This document shows, one piece after another, positions 24,262 to 35,710 of a DNA stretch of 64,000 nt. The stretch is from Thalia democratica (taxonomy: Eukaryota). The stretch is taken from contig OZ241832.1 in assembly GCA_965202585.1 (NCBI GenBank), forward strand, positions 33,480,001 to 33,544,000. Direction: 5' to 3'. Both the position numbers and the translations under genes were made by a program. The notes under the pieces were generated by a model, which saw only the letters and a program-made list of their open reading frames with translations, was not told the DNA's origin and made no database searches. Numbering within the stretch: position 1 is the first letter of the stretch; every line of letters begins with the position of its first letter.

Positions 24262-27200
24262 ATGGTGTACAATGATGACAAAACTCGTGTTCTTATAACT
24301 GGTTAGTATTTTTATAAATAACTAGAAATACTGTTACTGAAATTTATATATATATTTTAAATTAATTCACTAGTTTTTGTTAGTTAACATGTTTTACTAA
24401 AGCTCATTGCAAGATTGTTTTAGTTCTTTGAACTAATTATTAAAAAAATTACTCTTGTGTATAACAGTCAAAATCAGCTAGGTATAAAAAGTTTAAATAG
24501 TAAGATTAAATAACATTTTACTTAAAGAACGTTGGTTAAAAATTTATATAGAAAAGCTGATACTTTAAATTTCAAAATCAATTTACTTTTATTCCAAAAA
24601 AAAAAAACAAGTCATAAAAAATATAGAAAGTGTTTTTAAAAGATGAAATGCATACACTTGAAGTTTTATTATTGATTGAGGCTAAAAATAATTTTTTTGT
24701 ATTTTTTACAGAGTTTCCACACACTCAGAACACTCAGGATTTTTTACAGTCTTTTAAAATCTCAGGATGTCGCAGGACAGCTCAGAGTAACTCAGAAAAT
24801 TTTGATTTAAAAAAAAAAGACTGACTCATGATAATTCTCATTTCTTTTCTTTTATTTTCTTTCCAATTTCTTTTAATAAAAATCTCATGAAAGTATGTTT
24901 TTTTAACAATAATGTAAGGTCAAGTTTTTAGCAAGTTAAGGTGTTATATAAAAAAATATGATCTGTTACAAGGTTATACAAACAAATTAGTAATTTTAAC
25001 TAAATGGATTTCATTTATATTTGTATCACTTTTATTGCACTAATTTGATTTTTAATTGACTCGTTGATTATAAAACAAGGGTTTTAAAATAATTTTTTAC
25101 TTTGCTAGTTATTGATCTAGCTATATTTATTTACTGTTTTGAAAGAAATCAACTATAATATTGACTAATTAAAAAAAAGAAAGACTTTTTATTCTAAATA
25201 CATCCTGTTCCAATGTCAACTTATTGTAAATCTTAGTGATAATGTTTAACCAAACAATTTATTTCAGGTGAGAAAATGTATGATGTGTCTTCAAATCCAA
25301 GCACAAAAGATTTTAAGGACACAGTGAAAATAAATATTGTTAATTTTAATGAGGAAGATAAAGAAATTACATTTGATCTCATTGGTTTGTTTTTTATTTG
25401 GATAGTAAAGAATGTTCTATATTTGATCTTAGACTTTTTGCAATCAAAGTATTAGTAAGATTTTTTTCAAATCTTATATTTTATACATTTATTGGTTTAC
25501 TTAATAAAAAAATTATCGAAAAAATTGTGCTTTATGACAGATTTTTCTTAATATTGTATCAAGGAATATTTTCATAAAGTTTGAGGTAATTATCTTGAAA
25601 AACGTAGGATATATATTTGTAGTGATTTCTATTTATTCTCCGTTTTAGTTTTCTCCTCCCGTAAGGAACCTATTCTACACTATGACTTTAACTTACCTAG
25701 GCTTATTTAAAGTTTTTAGAAAAACTCAGTGTAATTTCTTTTAATTCTCAGGCAGGTTTTTTCAACTAGGTCTATATTTTAAACCAGTGATCCGCGAACA
25801 TGCAAGACAAAATCTGTTGCCTGTGAGGTACTTTTCAGCTTAAAAAACTTTTTGAAAAAGTTAAAATATAACTTTTAGAAACCACAACTAGGCTTTATAT
25901 TTGTTAATTAATATCACTAGTGGTTTATTATTGTTTATCAAATTTTTTATTTCAAAGTAAGTTTTTTATTTGAAGACTACAGTTATTTTAAACAATTGCG
26001 GCCAATGTAAGATTTCTTTTTGTAGTGATCTCAACCAACTTTTAGTAAGAAAATTAGCCTGTTTTTTATAAATGGCTGCATACTCCTGTCATAGACGTTA
26101 AGTCTGTGATTACTTTCTCGATTTAGACTTAGTTAAAAAAAATATTTTTCAAGTATTTGGTTCTCACCTATTTTTAAGTTCTTTTTATATAAAACTCAAG
26201 CCAACTGAGGCTGTTTTGATGAAACACTCTTTTTTGTTTCCGGCCACTTAATCTGGCTTTTATGCTCAAAGTTTAGTAGCCCTGTATTATAATTGTTCTT
26301 CTGTGTACTAATACTTTCAATAAATTTTTTCCAGTATTTTATACGTGAACACTGTTTCAGTTTTAAAATAACAAATAACTAGTAAAAAAAAGCATTAATT
26401 GTAAGTTTTAAAGTTACCGTTACACAGTACAAAAATTAATGACGTTTTTTAAACTTAAATTGTATTTTTACACATTAATAGTTTTATATAATTATATATA
26501 TATACCAATTATATAAAGTAGACTACCGCTTAAGTACGCAAATTGAACCCGACTAAAAAGTGCGTACTTAGCACGGGTAGTGCGTACTTTTTGACGACAT
26601 AGTATTATATGAAATTTAGTTGTTTGTTTTCTTTCTTCCAACTAGCCACCAAATAATTAAACCAAATAAACAAGTCCTTTTTTTTGAATAACATTTAATA
26701 TATAATTCTAAATTTTTTTTATAGATTTTAAAATAATTTAATTTTTCTATAAAAAGTTTCTACATAACTAATACATACATTTAAGGCCATAGGGGGGGGG
26801 TAGAAGCCATTTTTTGACCAAAAATAACATATAGACTTATATTATAGTAAATTTCATAATCTTTCAGATGCTTTTTTTAGATTTTAAAAATATTAAGTAA
26901 CTTTTTTTTTATGACCGGTCATATAAAGAGTTGTCTTTATAAAGGGTATATAAAGTCTAACTTTAAAGCCGTTTTTCTCGAGTTTTTAAAAACGGGCTTT
27001 AAAATCTATCTCCTCCTTCATTTTTCAAGCAATCTTCTTCAAATTTTCTGGAAGTGTTCCTTACATTATGAGAAAAAAACGTTATTTGTGAATTTTAATA
27101 ATTTTAAAAAATAAAATTTTTATGACAAAAAAAAAAAAAAAAAAGTGATTTTTTATCAAAAAAAAAATTTTATTTTCAAAAAAAAGGTATTTTTACTTAA

Positions 27201-30200
27201 AATTTTTCAAAGTCACAAATAATGTTTTTTTGTTATTGTATAAAGAATAGACTGTGAAAGTTTAAAGAAGATTGCTTAAAAAATGAAGGAGGAGATAGAA
27301 TTTGAATGCATTAGTCTTTTTTTGCCGTTTTAGTTTTTCCTTCCCCATAAGGAACCTGTTATGCGGCCCGACTTTGGCCGGTCATATCTCAAAAACTAAT
27401 TCGAATTTTTAAAAACGGTAAAAAGCAACTTGAAGCTTAGTAAAAACTCTATAAAATAAGATCAACTTGTAAAAAACATGGCCTACCCCCCCCTATGGCC
27501 TTAATATAGAAAGTCAATGTCAGTCAATGATATAAAAAGAATATTAAGCCATACTTTCCATATTTTGTTTTGTTAGAGGGAAAGTACCAAACTACATTGT
27601 GTTTACCAAACATTTTCAAAACATCAATGTGTGTACATTTAAATTAAATTATGACTCAACTATGTTGTATTTGAGGGTTTTTTTTAACTTTGTCATCTAG
27701 ATTTATTTATTTTATAGTATTACAGCTCAAATATCATTATTCTTTTCACTTTTCTGCAACCACTACATAAGTATTTAATTTACTAACATTTAATAACAGG
27801 ACTGTCACAATCTCAGGCCACTTAGACTACTCAGGATTACTCACCCTAGTTTAAAAATTGTGAAAGTCTCAGGCTAACTCAGCAGGTTTTTTGTCTCTCT
27901 GGATAAGTGCGTACCAAAAAAAGTGCGTACTTGAGCGGTAGTCTACTGTACTTATATAATTTCAAGTCACATAAACTCCATTTTAAGTCTTTAAATTTTA
28001 ATATACATTTTAAAACAATACTAAAAATTGTGATTAGATTATTCTTTAGACATTTTCAAAAAGGTAAAGCTAACTAAGGTAAAATATTATGGTGACAAAG
28101 ATGCTAAATAAATTTCTGTATTACTAATAAGTTTCAGCAAATTTAAACTAACCTAGTTTTTTTTGTAAACTTTTTTCTTCAAAGAGTGATAACCCTTACA
28201 AAAATTTACATAAATTTTTAAAATAGTTTTGATAATTTTTCAATTGTAAATAATAAATGGTTATTTCGAAAGGTTTCAACTGTGCCTTGGTAAACGCCTT
28301 CAGAAGAATCTTGTTATCAGAAATTCCAACAATGGCATTTGAAAAATTTCATCGCGCCATCAACTCAACTTATATCAAGGTTTCTACTGTTGTAAATATT
28401 ATTTTTTATATATCAATATTATACATAGTAGTTTTGTAATTTTTTTTAATTAATTTAGAATAATGCAACAGTTTTAATAATGTTTAAAAACAAGTTTAAA
28501 TGAAAATGTATCATGTAATAACGTATACTCATTACTAGATGTAATAAAACATAATATGTTATTAAGATTAATTTGTAATTAATACACGGTGGCCATTAAA
28601 CCTGGAATCCTGGATAAACCTCGAGTTTGACAATTTTGCCTAAAACCTGTATAAACCTGGAATTTTGATTCAAAATCACTAAAAACCTGGACCTTAAAAC
28701 AATTCTTACAGGTTAAGTAGTAAAATTTTGGTTTGACACGAAAAACCTATCATATAGATAAAAATATTTTGTTATCATTTGGATTTTTTTTTTAAACACA
28801 CTTAAAGTAGCTTTACAGTATCTTTTTAACATTATCATTCTATTTATCACAAATTTTATCTTAAATTTTATTTTAAACTAAAAATGGACCCAAAAATGTG
28901 TACTTTCAAAAATCCTAAAGAAATTCAGAATACCTGAATAAATTTTCACAAAAATAAGTGGCCCCTTTTAAATAAAAAATCTAAAATATAGACTAATAAA
29001 CACAAAGAAACACTGAACACATAAATGCATACTTTTTAAATAAAAAGTCTAGCTTATCAGTTTGTTAGACCTGATCAAACGTTTTATTTTTTTTTAAACA
29101 AAATCAAAGTGGAAACAAACAAAACAATAAACAGGAAGAACATTAAACTATAACAGTTTGTAAATAGTATTTGAAAATAAGTATAGATAATGTTTCATTT
29201 GTCCTTACTAGCTATATTAAAACTTAATATGTCATTTGGATTTTTAATGTACATTTAAGAAAAAAATAGGCTGACAGACGCAATGAACAACTGAACACAT
29301 AAACATGTTTGTAACGCAAAGCTTCATTTTTAAACAAAACAAATTTATAATAACTTCAAGTCCGTTTCTTGTAAACATGAAATATTTGAAAACAAACAAA
29401 GTAATAAGCAGAAAGAACTTGATTTAGGCCATTGACAAAAAGCGTTTAAACAACAAATATACAAAATATTCAACAAGTATGAACAATCAGGACGAAATCA
29501 TGGCGCACCGGCTGTCCTTGCTTCCCATCCGCGCGGACGCCAACCTGTTCGAGAGCACCGACGAGCACGAACTCGCCCAGTACGACCCGGAAACCGACCG
29601 GGGACTGCTGCCCAAGAAGCACCTGAAGTTCGTGGTGGACGTGGAGTGCAAGTGGAAGGCGGGCGCGGACAAGAAGAGCGACAGGGAGGTGAGCATGGAC
29701 AACTACAAGGTGCTGAGCGGGCAGGTCAAGTGGGCGCCTTTCCAGGTTCGACGTTGTTCAAATAAACCTCAGTAGAATTGACTATTAATTATATTTGTTA
29801 ATCCACTTTATCTCACATATTTTGTTTCATTTATTTTATGTGCAAATGAATTCACCAGTTAAACGCTGTTGTCAAGTTGGCGCTTTTCCAGGTCGGTTTG
29901 ACGTTGTTGTGAAAAATAGTTTTAATATGTTTTTGCGTTTTAGTTGAAATATAAATTTATAAAATTTTCCATTGAATTACTTCTCGATTTGACGTTGTTC
30001 AGTAGAGTTAAACTTAAGTAGAATTGATCTTTAATAGTTGTGCATACATACTTTGAAAAGCTTTTTAGCTGTCTTAAACTTAGAACAAACACATTTTTTT
30101 TTCATTTAACATATTAAGTTTCATTTATTATTTCTACAAATAAATCCACCCGTTAAAACGGTTTGGCGCTGGTTAATATGTTTGCATTTTAGTTTAAATT

Positions 30201-31799
30201 TGAATTATAATTTTTTCCATTTAATTACTTCTCGATTTGACGTCGTTCAGTAGAATTAAACTTAAGTAGAATTGATTATTAACAATTTTGCATATGTGCT
30301 TTGAAAATCTTCTGAGCTGTCTTATACTTATATATAACAAACACTTTTTTTATTCATTTAAGTAGTACACATTTTTTAACATACCAAGTTTCATTTATTT
30401 TTTTCTACCAATGAATTCGCCCGTTAAAACGTAAATATTAATTTATCATTGTTAATTTTTCCATGTAACTCCTTTTCGTATATTTGCTAACTTTTTTTTT
30501 TAACACCATGCCTTGAACACTTCTGTCTCTCAAAAATTAACCCCTGATGATTTTTAACCCTAAATGATTTTTAATAATTTTACATATATACTGAAAACAA
30601 ACACATTTTTTTTATAAGTCCACATTACCTCAAATATCATGTTTCTTTTATTTTTTCTACAAGTGAATTAACCCCTCTTAAAACGTTCCAGGGCCAGGAA
30701 GCAATTTACGGGGACGTCGGCCTGGTCCACGACGACATCCTGCTGGCCAAGATGTCGGTGGGCCAGAGGTTGGAGGGCACCCTGATCGCGGTGAGGGGGA
30801 CGGGCAAGTCGCACGCCAAGCACCAGGCCTGCCACGCCTACTACAAGCTGATGCCGACCATCAAGCTGAAGAGGTCGTTCGTGGGAGAGGAGGCGAGGAA
30901 GCTGCAGAGGTGTTTCGCGAAGGGCGTCGTCGAGTGCATCAAGAACGAAGACGGTGAGTTTGAACTAGTAACACGTAGACCTAGCGTAACCTAAATTAAT
31001 AAAATCTAAGTTTAAATTATTCTATGACATGTTTGACTCCCACTTTTTTATTTTCTGTAAAAGTAAGTGCATCCAATTTATTTGTTCATGTATAAAAATG
31101 TATGATAACAGGCGACGCGGAGGCGATAACTGAAAATATTAAAAACTTGAATATTTAAAGAATTTATTTTATAATAATTTCTTAATATAAAGAAATTATT
31201 AAATTCAAACAGGTTACGAGGAAGCGGAGGTGATACCCCAGATGGTGCGGGAGGACACCTGCACCAGGGAAGTCTACAATCAGGGATTCTCTCACGACGA
31301 CGTGCAGTGCGGCATGGACAGGTGGGAAAATAACTCGTGTTTCGTGTTGTTATATGTTAAAAATTCAAAATGAAATTGTTTTTTTCTGTGTTTTAATTAA
31401 CAAATTAAGTAGATTTTTTTTGGGGAAAATAACAGGTGGGAAAAATAACTCGTATTTCGTGTGTTTTTATTTAGAAAATATCTTGCACCCCTTCAAAGCG
31501 AAGTTGTTTTTTTTTTCCAATTTTTTAATTAGCAACACGTAGATTTCTGTTGTAGTTAATTTTCCTTTTAGTATAAATGTTTTAGTACATTATATAGAGT
31601 TTATTAGTTATGCTTATTGCATCAAAAACAATGTATATTGACAAATTATAAATATCTCAGGAACCACTTCATCTTCAGCATAGAGTCCGAGAACAGCAGC
31701 AAGAGCCCGGACGTGTTGTTCTGCGAAAGTTTGAGGGTCCTGATGGGGAAATGCACTACTTTGTTGGAATGCATGGAGGCTAAAGAAGATGATTTGTAA
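24262..31799 (+). CDS. POLR1C: RNA polymerases I and III subunit RPAC1 (AC40), 342 aa; exons 24262-24301, 25268-25384, 28273-28379, 29491-29745, 30692-30953, 31213-31321, 31661-31799
   Basis: Motifs FDLIG, NAFRRILLSEIPTMA, DEIMAHRLSLLPI, VHDDILLAKM..GQ, KGTGKSHAK-like, HFIFSIES and LRVLMGKC. All six introns are GT-AG with consistent phases. Confidence 0.93.
26516..27948. mobile_element. Tc1/mariner-type non-autonomous element in POLR1C intron 2, interrupted by a Kolobok-like insertion
   Basis: TIRs (A/C)AGTAGACTACCGCT(T/C)AAGTACGCA match at 23/25, with TA at both flanks. Confidence 0.75.
26785..27500. mobile_element. Kolobok-like non-autonomous element, copy 1
   Basis: TTAA|GGCCATAGGGGGGG ... 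CCCCCCCTATGGCC|TTAA. GG...CC ends with a TTAA TSD fit Kolobok rather than piggyBac (CC...GG). Contains an internal inverted repeat and is homologous to 46633-47326. Confidence 0.8.
29746..30691 (+). repeat. POLR1C intron 4, made of 3-4 degenerate tandem units (about 125-290 bp)
   Basis: Recurring blocks CGATTTGACGT.GTTCAGTAGA..TAAACTTAAGTAGAATTGAT and TTTCATTTATT..TTCTAC.A.TGAATT..CCC.TTAAAACG, plus a 19/21 copy of the exon-4 3' end at 29871-29891. Confidence 0.8.
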
Positions 31800-33307
31800 T
31801 ATATGTCATATGAGAAATAGGAATATTTTGGCAGCTTGTTTAACCAGTGAATATTTTTTGACACCTTTTGGATATTTTACAAATCTATCGTTCGAATGAT
31901 GTTGGATTATTTAATATTAGTTTAAAAAAATTAAAATGATTGGTTGTTATAATGGAAACTAAAATTTTTGTTCTTAAACAAACTGTTTCGAATCGTTTTT
32001 AAAGGCTTTATTTTAAATGCACTTTAATTGTAGAGTTTTTGTCTAAATATTTTGAGTGAGAAACAATTTTTTTGAAGATTGTCTAACAAACTCAGTATTT
32101 AAAGTTTAAATTTTTTAATGCCTTGTATTAACACATTAATGTTAATTGATAATGATTTTAAATTTTCAATAGACTTTTTAGCAAATAAATTATCTTTTAA
32201 TGTTTCTGGTCTAAATTACTATTATTTAATACATTTTTCACTTGATTGGTTTTAAGTGATCGATTTTTTTTAGTACAATTGTGTTAGAAAATTTTATCTA
32301 GCTAATAACTAGATTCTTTAAGATTTTATGATGTAAGTTTGAACACTTAAGTAGATGTTAAAACACATTTTGTAATTTTATCGCTTAATAAATTTTAATT
32401 CCAATATTTTTTGATTGAAGCGTTCCGCTATCAAACTTAAGTTATACCTTTAAAAATTTGCTAAAATATTTGTGTTGACAAAAGCTTTTAAAAAAATATT
32501 GATTTCATATATAAACTTCTAGTGACTACTATAGGGTATTTATAATATGCCTTTTATCTTTACTTTGTAACTTTTTTTCTAAAGCTTTATTGGATTAATT
32601 TGAAGCATGTAAGAGCAGCATTACAGTTGTTTTATAAAATACATTGAAAGTTTACACTTAAAATTAAAAAGTCGTTAGCTAAAACGAAAGTTTTTGGTCT
32701 ATTTCTTAAACAGTAAAAGTTTAGTTGATAAGTTCGATTTATAATCAATAAAGTTTCTGATTTATCGTTGCAACTGAAAGAGTTCAGTTAGAACTTGAAA
32801 ATTTTAGTTATTCAAATAAGTACAACTAAAAACAAAGTGTGTCAAAAATAGTGATGTACCGGACCCACAATTTCAAAACCGGACTTTTTTTCAAATTAGG
32901 ATCCGGCCGGATCCGGATAGTTTATAAAATAGAATATGACCGGACCCGTATATATTTTTCAAATTAAAATCTGGCCGGAACCGGATTCTTAATACTCTAA
33001 GTTATTTGTAATGTAAATAGTATAAAAACTACTATGTACGATAATGAAATTTTATTAACAAACTACTAACAAAGTATAATTGTGTGAAGTTTATCTTTTA
33101 TGTGTTATATCTAACTATATACTTAAGAATTTTGAAAAATTATAGTTTCAAAAAATTAAGACTAAAAAATATTAATGTGCTGCTAAAATAATTTAATAAT
33201 AAGAAAGTTTATGATATATTATTAAGGTCTAGTAAAGATTAACAGTTGAAAATAGTAGCTTGTATGTTTGCTAATTTTCTGAACAATATTTACATTTAAG
33301 TTTTATT

Positions 33308-33414
33308 AAAATTGAAAGAACAAATGAAAAACTTGAAATTGAAAGAACAATAAAAAAACTTCAAATTGAAAGAACAGTAAAAAAAACTTCAAATTGAAAG
33401 AACAATAAAAAACA
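33308..33414. repeat. Four-copy ~27-bp tandem repeat inside the hAT element
   Basis: Unit approximately AAATTGAAAGAACAATAAAAAAACTTC. Confidence 0.85.
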
Positions 33415-33423
33415 CTAAAATAT

Positions 33424-33620
33424 CTATTTTGCTAAGTTGTGGTGAAGAAGTAAAAGCTTTTGCCCGGTATTTGGAAACAAGCGATTGCGCGTATTTTCAT
33501 ACAAATTACCAGCTTCAGAAAACAATCGTTCTGAATACACAGAAGATGGAGGTGCTGACATGCATTTCCTTGTAAAGCTTACGAGATAGGGGTAGCTAGA
33601 GTGAGTATAAACTAGCCTGA
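33424..33620 (-). pseudogene. hAT transposase C-terminal dimerisation-domain remnant
   Basis: Minus-strand translation YPYLVSFTRKCMSAPPSSVYSERLFSEAGNLYENTRNRLFPNTGQKLLLLHHNLAK* contains the SS..SER.FS.AG...RNRL motif. Confidence 0.85.
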
Positions 33621-34808
33621 GTCAGAATGAGGTTTTTAAAAACTTAAAAAATTACTTTAATCTAATAATCAGTAGAACAGCTAGCCATAAGGTTGACAAT
33701 TTGGTAGTAAAGTTTTTAATTTTATAACATAGGTAAAGAGTTGCATTTCTGAAATGTTTATTTCGTATTTTAAATGTAAATTAGTCACGTGTACAAAATG
33801 AGCCAATCTCGGTAGGTGTTTAATTTTAACTGACGAAAATGACTCTTTTTAATTTACTCAGGGTTTGTTTTTGAAAAAATACTTTTCTGTATGCTCTTTT
33901 TTACTAACTAGATCCGAATCGGCCGGATCTCTGTTAGGATCCGGCCGGAACCGGATCCGAATCTTTTTTTTAAGTCAAGATCCGGCCGGATCCGGATCTT
34001 TTTTCATATCAATTAGACAAAAATGGCAATATCCGGCCGGACCCGGATAGTGAGTCCGGTACATCACTAGTTAAAAATCAGTAACTTGAGAATTTTGTGA
34101 CAAAACTAAACGTTATGAAAGATTCCAAGTGAGCTACTAGTTATATGCGAAGCTAAGGAGTATTTAGTGAAGAAATCAATTTAAGTAAATATTTCTAACT
34201 TTTACCTTCTTAAATAAATGCAATTAGTAAAACATTACACAGATATAAAAGTTCTCAAATTCAGTTATAAAAGGTATATCTTGCTGCCTTATCAGTTCTA
34301 TACATATTTTTTTTCAACTTTTATGGTCAGAAAGTAATTAATTAAAGTTAATTAGTAACATAAGTAACTAGCAGCTATTAATTAATATATAAATATTTTA
34401 TTTACAAAAACTTAAATTATATACAAACTAATAAACTCAAAACTACAAATAAAGGTTAATACATCACAAAAATTTAACAGTTTAGTTAAAGTCCTTATGT
34501 TTATAACGATTAAATTTTATATATAGATAAATTGCTCGATATAACAATTCTGAAATAAACGTTTTCTTCACGCATTAAATTGAATAGTTTTATTTTCATT
34601 TAAATTACAGTAACTTTCTATACTTATTTTTCCGCTAATTAACTTCCTTAGATCACCTACTTTTTAATTCTCGGATGTCATATAATTCCTACCTGATATA
34701 ATTTCTAGCCAGTATTTATTTCGGCCATCATCAACAAAGTTGAGATGTTATATGCCATCGATAATAAATAAAAAACTTTACCACAAGATCAACAGCATCC
34801 GAGACAAT

Positions 34809-34849
34809 CCTACGACCGGTTTCGTCCTTATTAGGACTCATCAGGTAGG
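34809..34849 (-). ncRNA. Minimal type I hammerhead ribozyme (predicted cleavage between 34814 and 34813)
   Basis: Minus strand reads CCUAC-CUGAUGA-GUCCU(AAUA)AGGAC-GAAA-CCGG-UC^GUAGG: complete catalytic core, stem I CCUAC/GUAGG, 5-bp stem II, palindromic stem III. Confidence 0.9.
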
Positions 34850-35039
34850 AATAGTGGCGAGAAACCGCTATTGTGATTTTAAACAAGCGGGCTTAAGTAC
34901 AAAGTACTGAAGCGACCTTTTGTGGGTAAAGTTGAAAAAATGACACAGCTAAATCATTCACAGCCCAACGTCTCAGACATTGTCAGCTTGTTGAGAGATT
35001 ATAGTCTGCGCTCGTTTGATCAGTTTTAGCCATACTATT

Positions 35040-35080
35040 CCTGCCTGATGAGTCCTAATAAGGACGAAACCGGTCGTAGG
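35040..35080 (+). ncRNA. Minimal type I hammerhead ribozyme (predicted cleavage after 35075)
   Basis: CCUGC-CUGAUGA-GUCCU(AAUA)AGGAC-GAAA-CCGG-UC^GUAGG; stem I is kept with one G.U wobble. Confidence 0.9.
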
Positions 35081-35456
35081 ATTGTCTCGGATGCTGTTGA
35101 TCTTGCGGTAAAGTTCATTATTTATTATCGATGGCATATAACATCTCAACTTTGTTGATGATGGCCGAAATAAATACTGACTTCATATACAAAGATTAAG
35201 AGGTAAGTAATAATTAATTTAATTTGCTTGAGTTTTCTTTTAGCTCAACGTCTGTAAAGTGAACAAAAATACTACTGGGATCTAATATATTAGTTTTAAT
35301 TCTTTTAAAGTCAATGGAAAGTTTTGAAGAATGAAGTTAAAGTATTTTTAAAACTTTTTATGCCTCGTTGTGTAAAAATATTTGAAAGAATATGGATAAT
35401 AATCGCAATGAAATAGTTAGTAAACATGTAGTATGTTAATGTATATGGGATAGGTA

Positions 35457-35710
35457 TTTTGAATTTTTTAGGTATTTTTCGGTCGAGCTAAATTTTGAAC
35501 TTTTTTAGGTCATTTTTAAGTATAAGCTAGTTTTTGAACTTTTTAAGGTCATTTTCAAATAAAAGCTGTTTTTTGAACTTTTTAGGTCATTTTTAAGTAA
35601 AAGCTGTTTTTTGAACTTTTTTAGGTCATTTTTAAGTATAAGCTGTTTTTGAACTTTTTAGGTCATTTTTAAGTATAATCTGTTTTTTGAACTTTTTTAG
35701 GTCACTTTTC
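35457..35710. repeat. ~37-bp minisatellite, about 7 copies
   Basis: Unit approximately TTTTGAACTTTTTAGGTCATTTTTAAGTATAAGCTG, with isolated copies near 36210, 36430 and 37430. Confidence 0.9.

Larger units (their letters stand above)
32849..34069 (-). mobile_element. Internally deleted hAT transposon
   Basis: 16-bp TIRs TAGTGATGTACCGGAC / GTCCGGTACATCACTA; 8-bp TSD GTCAAAAA / GTTAAAAA; GATCCGGCCGGA subterminal repeats; transposase remnant inside. Confidence 0.92.
34710..35179. mobile_element. Inverted pLTR-like structure of a Penelope-like retroelement (145-bp arms, 180-nt spacer)
   Basis: Arms 34710-34854 and 35035-35179 differ at 4 positions and each carries a minimal type I hammerhead motif. 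No RT or GIY-YIG ORF was found nearby. Confidence 0.7.

Noticed and set aside
29739-30692. Introner-type intron gain inferred from the TTCCAG|G direct repeat at both ends of POLR1C intron 4
   Set aside because: No TIRs and no second copy of this intron sequence in other introns of the window; the repeat fits a proto-splice site or local duplication.
35457-35710. Minisatellite or the 33308-33414 repeat as a CRISPR array
   Set aside because: Eukaryotic context, head-to-tail repeats with no unique spacers and no cas genes.
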